Positions 45,360 through 55,054 of a stretch of 64,000 bases of DNA are shown here, in pieces (position 1 is the stretch's first letter; every line of letters starts with the position of its first letter). The stretch lies in assembly GCA_050693155.1 (NCBI GenBank), contig JBOGWA010000146.1, forward strand, positions 8,975 to 72,974, given 5' to 3'. This DNA comes from Actinomycetota bacterium (GTDB lineage Bacteria > Actinomycetota > UBA4738 > CALAEC01). A program made the position numbers and the translations under genes. Below the pieces are notes generated by a model. It was not told the origin of the DNA. It saw nothing but the letters and a program-made list of their open reading frames with translations, and did no database searches.

Positions 45360-46619
45360 TCACTCCGTCATGAGCGCCCCACGGCGCATGCGAAGCCCCG
45401 CAATGCCCACCGTCGTCATCGCGACCGCCGCACCGATCAGCCACGGCTGAACCAAGACGACCCCACCCGCCACCGCGACGAGCCCCGACGCCGCCAGCTC
45501 ACCCGTTTCGTGGGTGAGCGCGAACAGCCCACTCACCTTCCCGGGTTGCTCTGCGACCCGCTGGATGAGGGCATCCCCGGCGGCGACGACGATTGCATAG
45601 CCCAGCCCGAGGACGATGCTGCCGAAGACGGCCGCCGCCATCGTCCCAAGCGCCACGTAGACGAGGAACCCCATCCCTCCCCCACCGATCCCCAGGACGA
45701 TGAAGTTCTCCTCCCGTCCAGCTCCCCGTTTCAGCTTGGAGAGAAAGAACGAGCCGGCCACGGCTCCGACTCCGGACAGGGACCACAGCAGCCCGAGGGT
45801 GTCCTGGCCGCGACCGAGGACATCCTTGACGAACAGCGGCTCCAGCGGGATCAAGAGCCCCAGGAGAAACCACGCCGTGAGCGTGTACCCGAGCAACCTC
45901 CGGAGTTCCGGGACCACCCAGGCTTCCCGCGCCCCCGCCGCCAACTCGGTGATGCTGACTCGCTCCTCCATCGATGTCGCGCGGGGGTCGGGAAGCGTCG
46001 AGGCGATCGCGGCGGCGACCAGCGCCGCGGCTCCGATGAGAAGGTACGGGGCGTCCTGTCCCACGTTCCGCGCGATGAAGCCACCGAGGACGGGACCGAT
46101 GAGCAGCGGGATGTGGCGCACGACGCCAAGCAGTCCGTTGGCCCGAACCAGAAGGTCCTCCGGGATGAGCCGGGGAACGAATGCGCCGCGGGCCGGGACG
46201 AGTACGCCGGCGGCAAGACCCATCAGGGCTGAGGTAACGAGCAGTCCACCAAGCGAGGCGGCGGCGAATGCGATGAGCGCCGCCCCCAGCTTCATCACGT
46301 TCCCAATGACGAGCATCCATTTCGGGCTCCATCGATCCGCCGGGATTCCGAACGGGGCGGCCGTCAGGATGAACGGTACGGACCACGAAGCCACCAGTGC
46401 TGCAAGCTCCCCAGGCGAGGCCCGAAACCCAAACGCCGCCTCCCCGAGGATTGCGACGAAGAACACCTCCCCCGCAAGGAACGAGAAGCCCTCGCCGACG
46501 GCCAGACGATAGAAAGGCGCTCCGAGTCGCGGGCCACGAAGCGCGGCCACGTCGAGCGCCGGCGGGATGTCGTGCGGAAGGGGTTCGGCTCCTTCAAGGG
46601 AGCTGTGTTTTTCGCTCAC
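45360..46619 (-). CDS. MFS transporter (12 transmembrane segments)
   Basis: Hydrophobic profile and MFS loop motifs. Overlaps the dnaE2 stop by 4 bp and ends 3 bp before dinB. Confidence 0.8.
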   Translation of the reverse strand: MSEKHSSLEGAEPLPHDIPPALDVAALRGPRLGAPFYRLAVGEGFSFLAGEVFFVAILGEAAFGFRASPGELAALVASWSVPFILTAAPFGIPADRWSPKWMLVIGNVMKLGAALIAFAAASLGGLLVTSALMGLAAGVLVPARGAFVPRLIPEDLLVRANGLLGVVRHIPLLIGPVLGGFIARNVGQDAPYLLIGAAALVAAAIASTLPDPRATSMEERVSITELAAGAREAWVVPELRRLLGYTLTAWFLLGLLIPLEPLFVKDVLGRGQDTLGLLWSLSGVGAVAGSFFLSKLKRGAGREENFIVLGIGGGGMGFLVYVALGTMAAAVFGSIVLGLGYAIVVAAGDALIQRVAEQPGKVSGLFALTHETGELAASGLVAVAGGVVLVQPWLIGAAVAMTTVGIAGLRMRRGALMTE

Positions 46620-49600
46620 CAGCCGGACGAACCTCCGCTCGCATGCCAGAACTTTCTGGCGGGGACGTGAACATCAACGGGCCCAGGCCTGCCGCCCCGA
46701 AGCGCGTCGGCGAGCCTTCCCTCTCGCCGGGCCGCGTCCAGGACAGGCAGGTCCCAGGCCGCTTCCGCAACGATACTCACCCCCTTCACACCCGTTCGGC
46801 GGAGACGACCTCGGATCGCGAGGAGCGACGAGTGGAACACGACCCGGGCACACCGCTCCTGCGCCCGCTCGAAGACGGTGACGTCGACCGGCCCTGTCGC
46901 GTCGTCGAGGGTGAGGAAGATGATTCGCTGTCCGCTCCTGACCGCGGGGGTCTGCGAGGCGACCTTCACCCCGGCGACCGTCACCCGCTCCCCGCCACGG
47001 TGGCGGGAGAGATCTCGGGACCGAACGGCGCCGAGATCGGCGAGGAGCGGCTCGTAGAACGAGATCAGGTGTCTCGAAGCGTCGACACCGAGCACTTCGA
47101 GCTCTGCTCGAACCCGCTCCCCGTCCGTGTACTCCCGAAGCCCAGGGGGGAGAGGCTCTCCCGCGAGGGAAAGCGCGAGCTGCTCGCCCTCCCACGGCGA
47201 CTCGGCCGTCATCGCGAGGAACAGCCGATCTCGGCGGGTGCCGCTCTTCAGCTCGTCAAACGCCCCCGCGTGGGCGAGCGCCTCGGTCACTGGACGCGAG
47301 ACGCGTGCTCGCCGGATGAAGTCTCCAACGCTCGCGAACGGCCGCTTTCCGAGGATCTCCCCGATCTCATCGTCCGAGATCCCATACACGTCCCGGAGCC
47401 CCAACCGAATCCCCCACCCGCTCTCCCGCCCTGGCGAGCCTGCGGACCACTCCCATCCTGGTGGAGGCGACGTGGCCCTCACCCATCCCGGTGAGCCTGC
47501 GCGGCTGCTCCGCTCAACGTCCTCGACGACGCCGGGAACATCGAATGATCCATCCGAAACCGGCGTCGTCTGCGGGATGTTTCGCTCCGCACCCCGCGCA
47601 GTCTCTCCCGTCCACAGGCGTGATCCGTGCGTCACCAACCACGCTGGATGGGCGGAGGAGGCGAGCGTGGCGTTCCGAGGGGGGGAAGGAGGGGTGGTCT
47701 GCCTCGCCTTCACCAGGTCGGGAGCGGGTTCGACGGTGTAGTCGCGTTGGCTAGCGTTGATGTCGAGCGGGAGGATCGCTATGCCGTGCTCGCGAGCGTC
47801 CTCGAGGATGAGCCGCCGTGGGTACATGCCGGGCTCGTGGGTAAGAACGCCGGCAAGGAAGTGCGCCGGGTAGTGCGACTTCAGCCATGCGGACTGGTAC
47901 GTCGGGACGGCGAACGCGGCGGCGTGTGCCTTGCAGAACCCGAACGAGGCGAACGACGCGAGCTCACGCCACACCTTCTCGGCGTCGTCGGCGCCGAGCC
48001 CTCGGGCAGTGACCCGATACAGAAAATTGCGATGGAGCGAGTCGATCTCACCGTCGTCATCGAGGTGTCGCCGGATCCGATCGGCCTCCGCGAGCGAGCA
48101 CCCGGACGCAGCGAGGACTCGCATGACCTGCTCGTGGTAGACGATCACGCCGTGAGTCTCCTGGAGGATCGGTTTCAGCGACGGGTGAGCGTATCGAGGG
48201 CGCTCGAATCCGTGCCGGCGGTTCAAGAACGGCGCCACCATGTCGGACTTCACCGGGCCCGGACGGAAGAGCGAGATGTCGATGATGAGGTCCTCGAAGC
48301 GATCCGGCTGGAACTTCTGGAGAAGCTCTCGCTGCCCGGGGCTTTCGATCTGAAAGCAGCCGATCGTTCGTGATGCCCGGATCAACTCATAGGTCGCCGG
48401 GTCGTCGTTCGGGATCCGATCGAGATCAGCCCGCTCCCCCGTCGTCCGTTCGATCTCATCGAGCGCATGACGCATAGCCGAGAGCATCCGGACGCCCAGG
48501 ACGTCGAGCTTGAGGAGCCCGAGGACCTCGACGTCGTCCTTGTCGGCCTGCACCATCCGATAGCCGCCGAATGACGGTTCCACCGGCGCCCGGTCGGGAA
48601 GGTCCTTCCCCGAGAGCACGATCCCGGAAGGGTGCAACGCGATGTGCCGGGGAAACCCGTTCAGTCGTTCCGCGACCCGAAAGAGCGTCTCGAGCTGTCC
48701 GGCAGCGAGATTCGAGCCGCGAAGCTCGGGGAGGTCGCGGATGGCCTCCCGGATCTTGCCTGCCCCGATGTGAGGGAATGCCTTCGAGACCCTGTCGACC
48801 TCGCCATCCGGATACCCAAGCGCCTTCCCGCTCTCTCTGATCGCGGACCGGGCTCGGTACGTATCGATCATCGCGACACACGCACATCGTTCCTCGCCAT
48901 AGCGGGCCAGGATCGCGTCGTAGACCTCTTCCCTGCGTGCCGATTCGACGTCGAGGTCGATGTCCGGAAGCTCGTCGCGGAGGGGGTTGAGGAATCGCTC
49001 GAAGAGCAGCCCGTGCCGGATCGGATCGACCTCGGAGATCTCGATCGCGTAACAAACGAGTGACCCCGCAGCCGAGCCGCGGCACGCGCACCGGATGCCC
49101 ATCGCCTTTACCTCGGCGACGATATCGGCGACGGTGAGGAAGTAACCCGAGTAGCCCATTCGCCGGATTTGGTCGAGCTCGTGATCGAGGCGGCCGCGAA
49201 CGTCCGGCGTCAGGTGAACCCCGCGGCGGCGAATCCCTTCGTGACACCGCTCGGCGAGAACCGAGGTCGCACTCCTGCCTCGAGGCGTCGGAAACTCCGG
49301 GAAGTGGACGGACCCGAGACCGAGGTCGACGTCACAGGCCTCGGCGATCCGTAGCGTGTTCCGAAGGAGGTCCGGGCGGTCGGCGAAGAGCATCCGCATC
49401 TCTCTCGGCGACTTGAGGTAGCCCTCGGCGTTCCTTCTGGTGACGTGGTGCGGGGCGACCGGAACGATCTCCCGCATGCACTCGAGCGCGTCGGCGAGGA
49501 AGGCGTCGCCGGACACGAGGTACCGGACCGCGTTCGTCGCGACCGCGGGAAGCCGACCCTCCTCGGCGAGGCGCAGGAGGCGGCGGAGCTCCGATCGACT

Positions 49601-50152
49601 CCCCATCTCGAGGTGGTTCCTGACCTCGATGAAGCAATCGTCGCCGAAGGCCTCTCGAAAGGACCGCGCCGCCTCACGAGCGGCCCCGGCAAGCCCAGCG
49701 ACCGCGAGCATCCCGGGCTCCGATTCAGGTCCGAGCAGGCAGACGAGGCCTTCCGTCCGCCCCCAGATCTCTCCCGGCCAGAGCCATGGATTCCCCCGCT
49801 CTTTGGCATGCGCAGCCGTGATCAGCCGGCACAGATTCGCGTACCCCAGATCGTCTTTCGCCACGACCACGATCCAGTTCGTTGAGGACCGACCGGCGCC
49901 GGAGGAGCGACGTCGGCACGGGCGGCCATCGCCGGCAAAGGACGAGACGGTGAGTTGGGCGCCGAGGATGGGTTTGACGCCGAGGTCGCGGCAGGCGGTG
50001 ACGAAGCGGGCGACGCCGGTGAGCGAGTCGCTGTCGGTGAGCGCAACCGCCGGCATTCCAAGCTCGGCCGCCCGAACCGCGAGGGATTCGGGGGAGAACG
50101 CCCCATCCTTCAGGGAGAAGTACGACCGGCAGTGGAGGTGAACGAAGGCCAC
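46616..50152 (-). CDS. dnaE2: Error-prone DNA polymerase DnaE2 (ImuC-type PolIII alpha paralog)
   Basis: 1178 aa. N-terminus MAFVHLHCRSYFSLKDGAFSPESL resembles the DnaE2 type (…HAHSAYSFLDGASTPEEL) more than DnaE1. Second PolIII-alpha copy in the window, SOS box upstream, dinB downstream. Confidence 0.85.
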   Translation of the reverse strand: MAFVHLHCRSYFSLKDGAFSPESLAVRAAELGMPAVALTDSDSLTGVARFVTACRDLGVKPILGAQLTVSSFAGDGRPCRRRSSGAGRSSTNWIVVVAKDDLGYANLCRLITAAHAKERGNPWLWPGEIWGRTEGLVCLLGPESEPGMLAVAGLAGAAREAARSFREAFGDDCFIEVRNHLEMGSRSELRRLLRLAEEGRLPAVATNAVRYLVSGDAFLADALECMREIVPVAPHHVTRRNAEGYLKSPREMRMLFADRPDLLRNTLRIAEACDVDLGLGSVHFPEFPTPRGRSATSVLAERCHEGIRRRGVHLTPDVRGRLDHELDQIRRMGYSGYFLTVADIVAEVKAMGIRCACRGSAAGSLVCYAIEISEVDPIRHGLLFERFLNPLRDELPDIDLDVESARREEVYDAILARYGEERCACVAMIDTYRARSAIRESGKALGYPDGEVDRVSKAFPHIGAGKIREAIRDLPELRGSNLAAGQLETLFRVAERLNGFPRHIALHPSGIVLSGKDLPDRAPVEPSFGGYRMVQADKDDVEVLGLLKLDVLGVRMLSAMRHALDEIERTTGERADLDRIPNDDPATYELIRASRTIGCFQIESPGQRELLQKFQPDRFEDLIIDISLFRPGPVKSDMVAPFLNRRHGFERPRYAHPSLKPILQETHGVIVYHEQVMRVLAASGCSLAEADRIRRHLDDDGEIDSLHRNFLYRVTARGLGADDAEKVWRELASFASFGFCKAHAAAFAVPTYQSAWLKSHYPAHFLAGVLTHEPGMYPRRLILEDAREHGIAILPLDINASQRDYTVEPAPDLVKARQTTPPSPPRNATLASSAHPAWLVTHGSRLWTGETARGAERNIPQTTPVSDGSFDVPGVVEDVERSSRAGSPGWVRATSPPPGWEWSAGSPGRESGWGIRLGLRDVYGISDDEIGEILGKRPFASVGDFIRRARVSRPVTEALAHAGAFDELKSGTRRDRLFLAMTAESPWEGEQLALSLAGEPLPPGLREYTDGERVRAELEVLGVDASRHLISFYEPLLADLGAVRSRDLSRHRGGERVTVAGVKVASQTPAVRSGQRIIFLTLDDATGPVDVTVFERAQERCARVVFHSSLLAIRGRLRRTGVKGVSIVAEAAWDLPVLDAARREGRLADALRGGRPGPVDVHVPARKFWHASGGSSGW

Positions 50153-50164
50153 ACCTGCCCGCCC

Positions 50165-50485
50165 TTAGTCCCAGAGCCGCTCGAGATGCCAGCGGCCGGC
50201 CGAGCGGTCCCGGTAGAGGTCACAGACCACCGTCTGACTGGGGGGTCCGCTCGCTGTACGTCCCTCGGCATTGGCGATTTTGGACGAGCTACCCCCCCGG
50301 ACCCCCCGGGCCCTCACCTCGACCCGCCAGTACTCGCGGTCGCGGCCGTCCTCCCACCAACGTCCCTCGATCCGCCAGCGGCCGATCACGTCGACGACGT
50401 GGTACGAACGGCCGTTCCACGAGAAGGCCGACGGCAGCCCGCCATCGAGGTCGACCTCGACCTGCTGGTCGTACCGCTTCGCCAC
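50165..50485 (-). CDS. Hypothetical small Trp/Arg-rich protein (~106 aa) co-transcribed with dnaE2
   Basis: GTG start with SD AAGGGAGG located 20 nt downstream of the LexA box. Sequence VAKRYDQQVEVDLDGGLPSAFSWNGRSYHVVDVIGRWRIEGRWWEDGRDREYWRVEVRA…VVCDLYRDRSAGRWHLERLWD. Ends 12 bp before the dnaE2 start. The ORF-track N-terminal extension (to 50656) would contain the SOS box, so it is rejected. Confidence 0.6.
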   Translation of the reverse strand: MAKRYDQQVEVDLDGGLPSAFSWNGRSYHVVDVIGRWRIEGRWWEDGRDREYWRVEVRARGVRGGSSSKIANAEGRTASGPPSQTVVCDLYRDRSAGRWHLERLWD

Positions 50486-50505
50486 CGGGCCTCCCTTCAA
50501 GGGAA

Positions 50506-50521
50506 TCGAACATATGTTCGA
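50506..50521. promoter_or_regulatory. LexA (SOS/Cheo) box TCGAACATATGTTCGA
   Basis: Perfect 16-bp palindrome matching the actinobacterial/Gram-positive LexA consensus TCGAAC-N4-GTTCGA, directly upstream of the small ORF-dnaE2-MFS-dinB operon. Confidence 0.8.
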
Positions 50522-50675
50522 GAACGCTAAACGTACTCCTCGGCTGCAGCAGTTGTCAAGGGCGAGGAACGACCAGGTGGAAGGGCAATGGGGCCGGCGT
50601 GTGCCGGAGGAGCGACTTTCAGATGGCGGAGCTCCGACGGCGCCGCCGGCTCCCACCAGGTGGGAAAGCGCTGGA

Positions 50676-51284
50676 TCAGGTACCGAGGAGGCAGCCGATC
50701 ACCTCACCCGGAAGCCCGGGGAAGTCGAGGCCCGCGCCTCCGGTCACGAAGTCATACGGCGTCCCTGCCCACTTTCCCGACAGCCCCTCGTACGCACGGC
50801 GCCTCGGGTTTGCGCCCTCGTACTGGAATCCTCGCCAGTCCGGGGAGAAGTATCCCATCGTCCCATACGGCGCCACCGCCGAGAGGCCGGAACCGAACTC
50901 GCGCTCCTCCACCAGGAAACGCCCGCGGAACGACGGCTTCTTTGCGAGCGCTCCCTTCACGTACCATCGTTTCACGAGGAGGAGATACCCCTTGTCGCTC
51001 GGCGGGGACTCGGGGCCTTCGAAGTACCGCATCGCGTCGACGATCCACTTCCCGCGCTCCCCCGTCGTCCGTCGAATTACTCGAAGCGGCTTCTGAAAGA
51101 GCGCCGTTTCATCCCCGGGGGTCGTCCATCCCTCGACGCAGCTGGGAGTCGGCGGCCCCACGGTTGCGCCCGGCCCCGGCGCCGCCGGACCTTCGGAAGG
51201 GTCGTCGCTGCAAGCGGCAAACAGAAGCGCTCCCGCAAGCACATACGTGAGCAATCGCGGGGACCGCAGAGGGAGGGTCGTCAC
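50676..51284 (-). CDS. Hypothetical lipoprotein
   Basis: Signal peptide with lipobox (…LLTYVLAGALLFAACSDD…), GTG start with GGAGG SD, no recognisable domain. Confidence 0.55.
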   Translation of the reverse strand: MTTLPLRSPRLLTYVLAGALLFAACSDDPSEGPAAPGPGATVGPPTPSCVEGWTTPGDETALFQKPLRVIRRTTGERGKWIVDAMRYFEGPESPPSDKGYLLLVKRWYVKGALAKKPSFRGRFLVEEREFGSGLSAVAPYGTMGYFSPDWRGFQYEGANPRRRAYEGLSGKWAGTPYDFVTGGAGLDFPGLPGEVIGCLLGT

Positions 51285-51330
51285 GACGCGGAAGGATAAC
51301 CTCCGGGGAGCCCGATAAGATGGTTGCCCC

Positions 51331-52698
51331 GTGCCGAGGCGCGTTTCTCGTCGCCACTTCATCGGAACGTCGGCAGCTGCGGCCGCCGGCGTCCTTCTGT
51401 CCTCCCCGCGCTCCGGCCTGCGGGCACAGCCGGGCTCGGGTCCGAACGCCGATTCGATCGACACACAGTGGCCGATCAAGCGCGTCGTCTACCTCATGCT
51501 CGAGAACCGCAGCTTCGACAACATCTTCGGCCGGTTCCCCGGAGCAAACGGCGCGACCGTGGGAGTTCGCGAAGGTCAAGAAGTCCCTCTGATCCGCTGT
51601 CCCGAGTGGCTGCCGGGCGACATGCCTCATGACACGTTCTCGTATTACGTCCAGCTGAACGACGGGAAGCAAGATGGTTTCGCCCACGGGAAGTACGGAC
51701 CCTTCTACGCCTACTCGCAGTTCGAGGAGCAACAGATCCCCAACTACTACCACTGGGGAAAGAACTACGTCCTCTGTGACAACTTCTTCCAATCTGCGAT
51801 CGGCCCCTCGCATCCGAATCACCTCTTCTTCATCGCGGGCACCTCCGGTGGCGCGATCGACAACCCGGAAAACATCCGGGTTCGCGCGTACCCGGACGGC
51901 AGGCAGGTGAAATCGTGGGGCATCGACGCCGACGGTGAGGCCGTCTACGTCTTCGTGAGAGACGAGCGGGGAAACCTCACCAAGCACAGCACCGCCTTCG
52001 ACGTCCCGACCTATGGAGAGGAGCTCTCGAGGGCAAAGGTCGACTGGGCGTACTACGCGGCCGAGCCCCACCAGCCCGGATACATCTGGTCAGCCTACTC
52101 GGCCATCCCCAACGTTTTTTTGTCCGATCTCTGGGATCAGCACATCCGACCGGTGGACGACCTCCTCGCCGACATTCAGGCAAACGAGCTTCCGTCGGTG
52201 ACGTGGATCACACCGCGGTTCCAGCTCTCCGACCATCCGCCGTTCAGCACCTGCCACGCCCACGATTGGGTGACCGACATTGTGAACTCCATCATGCGAA
52301 GCGCGATGTGGGACAGTGTCGCGATCTTCATCACCTGGGACGAGTGGGGCGGCTTCTACGACCATGTGCCTCCGCCGTCACCCGATCCCGTCGGTTTCGG
52401 CTTTCGCGTTCCGATGCTCGTCGTCTCCCCGTACGCGCGCCACGGCTACATCGACGACGCGCTCGGAGAGTTCTCCTCTCCCCTGAAGTTCATCGCCGAC
52501 AACTGGGACCTCCCCTACCTCACCGATCGCGTGCGGGCGACGCACAACTTCGAGCACGTCTTCGACTTTTCGCAGAGCCTCCGGCGGCCCGACCCCCAGC
52601 CGAAGCTCAGGAACTGCACGAGTACCGCATTTGAATTCCCCGAGGATTACGACGGGTGGCTCGAAGGTATTGAGCCGGATCCGCCGAAGATCGCCTAG
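51331..52698 (+). CDS. Tat-secreted phosphoesterase-family protein (phospholipase C / acid phosphatase AcpA family)
   Basis: Tat signal RRHFIGTSAAAAAG. Phosphoesterase-family blocks (…VVYLMLENRSFDNIFG…; …HPNHLFFIAGTS…; …ITWDEWGGFYDHVPPP…; …GFRVPMLVVSPYAR…). Confidence 0.85.
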   Translation: MPRRVSRRHFIGTSAAAAAGVLLSSPRSGLRAQPGSGPNADSIDTQWPIKRVVYLMLENRSFDNIFGRFPGANGATVGVREGQEVPLIRCPEWLPGDMPHDTFSYYVQLNDGKQDGFAHGKYGPFYAYSQFEEQQIPNYYHWGKNYVLCDNFFQSAIGPSHPNHLFFIAGTSGGAIDNPENIRVRAYPDGRQVKSWGIDADGEAVYVFVRDERGNLTKHSTAFDVPTYGEELSRAKVDWAYYAAEPHQPGYIWSAYSAIPNVFLSDLWDQHIRPVDDLLADIQANELPSVTWITPRFQLSDHPPFSTCHAHDWVTDIVNSIMRSAMWDSVAIFITWDEWGGFYDHVPPPSPDPVGFGFRVPMLVVSPYARHGYIDDALGEFSSPLKFIADNWDLPYLTDRVRATHNFEHVFDFSQSLRRPDPQPKLRNCTSTAFEFPEDYDGWLEGIEPDPPKIA

Positions 52699-52759
52699 GG
52701 CTTTCCGATCGGGGGACCGCTCGCCCTCGCGCGAAGAGGGCGGGAGCGCCCCTGGCGAG

Positions 52760-53524
52760 CTATCCCCCCGAACCCCCCGCCATCTCGGCGAGGGCCTCCG
52801 CGTACCGGCCGCCGTCGCCCTTCTGGACCGAGTCCAGCGTCGCCCCGCAATCCGTCAGGCTCTCCGCCCACCTGGCGGCAGCCCGCCGCGCCGGGTCGCC
52901 GAGGAGCCGGAGCGTGTCCTCGACAACTCGCTCGAGAGCGCGGGTGGCCCCGTCGTGCATCCGGAGCAACCGCCGGAGACGCGGAAGGCGTACCAGCTCG
53001 TCGCGTGAGAGCGCGACAACCGCGGTTCTCACATCGAGCGCTTCGATGGATTCCCGATCCTCGTCCGAATGGACGATGACACACCGGGCCCGGCGGGCGA
53101 CGAACGCCGCCGACGCCGCTTCGGGCGATGCTCCCAGCGCGCGTCCGATCGACGACGCTTCGTTCCGGCTCCGCTCCCCCAGCCGATCACCGTTTGCGAT
53201 CAGCCCTCGAATCAACGGCCGGAGGTCGACTTCGTGCAGGATCACCAGCCCGGGGTACCGCGTGGCCAGCCGGTAGACTTCGCGATGCCTGGCGAAATTG
53301 CTCTCGAGCTCGTACACGGCGAGGTCGCTCGTCTCGAGCAGGTCCTCCGCGTCGGCCGGCGGCGGCCACGATGCTTCCACGAGACGGCGGCGCCCGAGGC
53401 CCAATCGAGCGAGCCGGGCGAGCGGCGAGCGTCGCCACCCAGAAGAGCCGCGCTCAAGCTCCGGCGAGAAGAAGACCACGCGGACCTTGAGGCGGTGGAC
53501 CCTCGGGCGGCGACGGAGTCTCAT
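52760..53524 (-). CDS. Hypothetical protein, translationally coupled (ATGA) to the upstream GT4 gene
   Basis: ~254-aa ORF in the same operon as the GT4 gene; no recognised domain. Confidence 0.45.
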   Translation of the reverse strand: MRLRRRPRVHRLKVRVVFFSPELERGSSGWRRSPLARLARLGLGRRRLVEASWPPPADAEDLLETSDLAVYELESNFARHREVYRLATRYPGLVILHEVDLRPLIRGLIANGDRLGERSRNEASSIGRALGASPEAASAAFVARRARCVIVHSDEDRESIEALDVRTAVVALSRDELVRLPRLRRLLRMHDGATRALERVVEDTLRLLGDPARRAAARWAESLTDCGATLDSVQKGDGGRYAEALAEMAGGSGG

Positions 53525-54570
53525 CCGAGGAGCCGTTCCACAACCTCGGGCCACGCGGGAACCCGATCGCGCACGAATTGTTGCCCGGCTGCGCCGAGGC
53601 GCTCCGCAAGACCGTGGTCACCGATGAGGCGGTCGAGAGCGTGCGCGATCGCACGAGGCTTTGGAGGGGGGATCAACCCGGTCTCCCCCTCGGCAACGAA
53701 CTCGAGCGGGCCGCCGCTGTCGCTCGTCGTCACGACTGGCCGACGCACGGCCATCGCTTCGAGCGTGACGTATCCGTAGTCCTCGTCGAAGGGGCCGTAG
53801 TACACGGCGCCCGCTCCCGCATAGAGATCGAGGAGCCGTTCCTCCGAAACCGCCCCGGTCATTTCGACGCGGTTCCACAAGCCCCCATCCTCGATCTGTC
53901 TCCGGAGCGCGAACTCGTCGGCGCCGCTCCCGACCAGGATGAGCCGGGCCCCGCTGCGCACATGGCGCATCGCATCGATCGCGAGCGACTGGCGTTTGAT
54001 CCCCTCGAGCCGACTTGGGAACAGGACGTAGTCTCCGTATGGCCCGGGCTCGCGCGCGAGGAGCGCCTCGTAGATCGACGACGGGTGATAGAGAGCCTCT
54101 GCGGACATCTCCAGATTGCGCATGAGACGCTCCCTGACGTTGGCCGAGTTCGTGAAGATTCGCTTCGCCTCACCGAGCGCGATCCGGTCGGCGCTGTGGA
54201 TCATCTCCCGAACCCGCGGCCCCTCTTCATGCGCCGCCAGGTCTCCGAAATCGGGGTGGTCCCAGAGCTCGTACGCCGTTCGGTGCTGGTGGATGAGCCA
54301 GACCACCTTTCGCTCGTGCCGCACGAGGTAGGCCGGGAACTTCAGCGCGATCGTCATGTCGATCCGATCACCCCCGGTCTCGGAGAGGTCGAGGCTGCGC
54401 CAGAGCGCCATGTGATGAACCAGCTCCGACGGCGGGTACCACTTGAAGGGGATGCGCAGGAGCTCGACCTCGTGGCCTGCCTCGCGGAGGGCGCGCGCCA
54501 AGCTTTCCGTGTGCATCTCGGCGCCGCCACGCGCGAACGGCACCTGTGGATCGCAGATCGCGATCCTCAT
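53521..54570 (-). CDS. Glycosyltransferase family 4 (GT-B, retaining)
   Basis: MRIAICDPQVPFARGGAEMHTESLARALREAGHEV… N-terminal domain. C-terminal …LILVGSGADE…YGPFDEDYGYVTLEAMAVRRPVVTTSDSGGPLEFV… (EX7E region). Confidence 0.85.
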   Translation of the reverse strand: MRIAICDPQVPFARGGAEMHTESLARALREAGHEVELLRIPFKWYPPSELVHHMALWRSLDLSETGGDRIDMTIALKFPAYLVRHERKVVWLIHQHRTAYELWDHPDFGDLAAHEEGPRVREMIHSADRIALGEAKRIFTNSANVRERLMRNLEMSAEALYHPSSIYEALLAREPGPYGDYVLFPSRLEGIKRQSLAIDAMRHVRSGARLILVGSGADEFALRRQIEDGGLWNRVEMTGAVSEERLLDLYAGAGAVYYGPFDEDYGYVTLEAMAVRRPVVTTSDSGGPLEFVAEGETGLIPPPKPRAIAHALDRLIGDHGLAERLGAAGQQFVRDRVPAWPEVVERLLG

Positions 54571-54968
54571 TCGCCTGTTGTGTGAGGCTTGCCGGAGCGC
54601 CGAGTCTCCTCATCAAGGCGCCGCCTCAATGCTCCGAGCTCGGTTTCCAGTCGGTTGATCTGCGATTCGGCCCTGCCGAGGAGATCGGCAAGCACCGCCC
54701 CGGTCGCGGCGAGTTCCGCGGTGATGCGGTCGTAGCGCCTCGTCAGTGGGCGGAAGACCCGGTGCATGATGATCTTCACCCGGCGGAAGCGTGACCCCCG
54801 CCGGAGGCCGGGATCGGTCCATGGGGCGGCGTTCTCAAAATCGTTCTTCACGACCTGAGCGAGACGGTCGAGGGCGGCACGGATCTCCTGGGCCGTGCCG
54901 GGAGGTTCACTCTCCTTGCCTTCGAGCCAGTACACCTCCCGCTCGAGGGTCCGCCGCATCTCGTCCAT
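54567..54968 (-). CDS. Hypothetical coiled-coil protein
   Basis: 133-aa ORF overlapping the GT4 start by 4 bp; C-terminal heptad-rich segment. Confidence 0.4.
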   Translation of the reverse strand: MDEMRRTLEREVYWLEGKESEPPGTAQEIRAALDRLAQVVKNDFENAAPWTDPGLRRGSRFRRVKIIMHRVFRPLTRRYDRITAELAATGAVLADLLGRAESQINRLETELGALRRRLDEETRRSGKPHTTGE

Positions 54969-55054
54969 GGCGGCATCGTAATCCAGCCGACGGGGGGGCT
55001 AACGCGTCGCGGCTAGTTGCGCTTCCTGCATGCGTGCCGTTTACTAGCCGGCCA

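Noticed and set aside
50289-50513. 74-aa ORF starting at the ATG located in the middle of the LexA box (GAACATATGTTC)
   Set aside because: That ATG is part of the palindromic N4 spacer. The encoded peptide is Gly/Arg/Pro junk. The overlapping alternative frame encodes the protein-like W/R-rich sequence with its own SD.
50271-51299. 342-aa plus-strand ORF overlapping the lipoprotein gene and the LexA region
   Set aside because: Antisense to the lipoprotein gene; composition typical of spurious high-GC ORFs.
53521-54570. Calling the GT4 gene sqdX (sulfoquinovosyl transferase)
   Set aside because: GT4 is a huge family. The gene is 9 kb from sqdB on the opposite side of several genes, and nothing in the sequence distinguishes SqdX from PimB/MshA-type GT4 enzymes. 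Only the generic family call was made.
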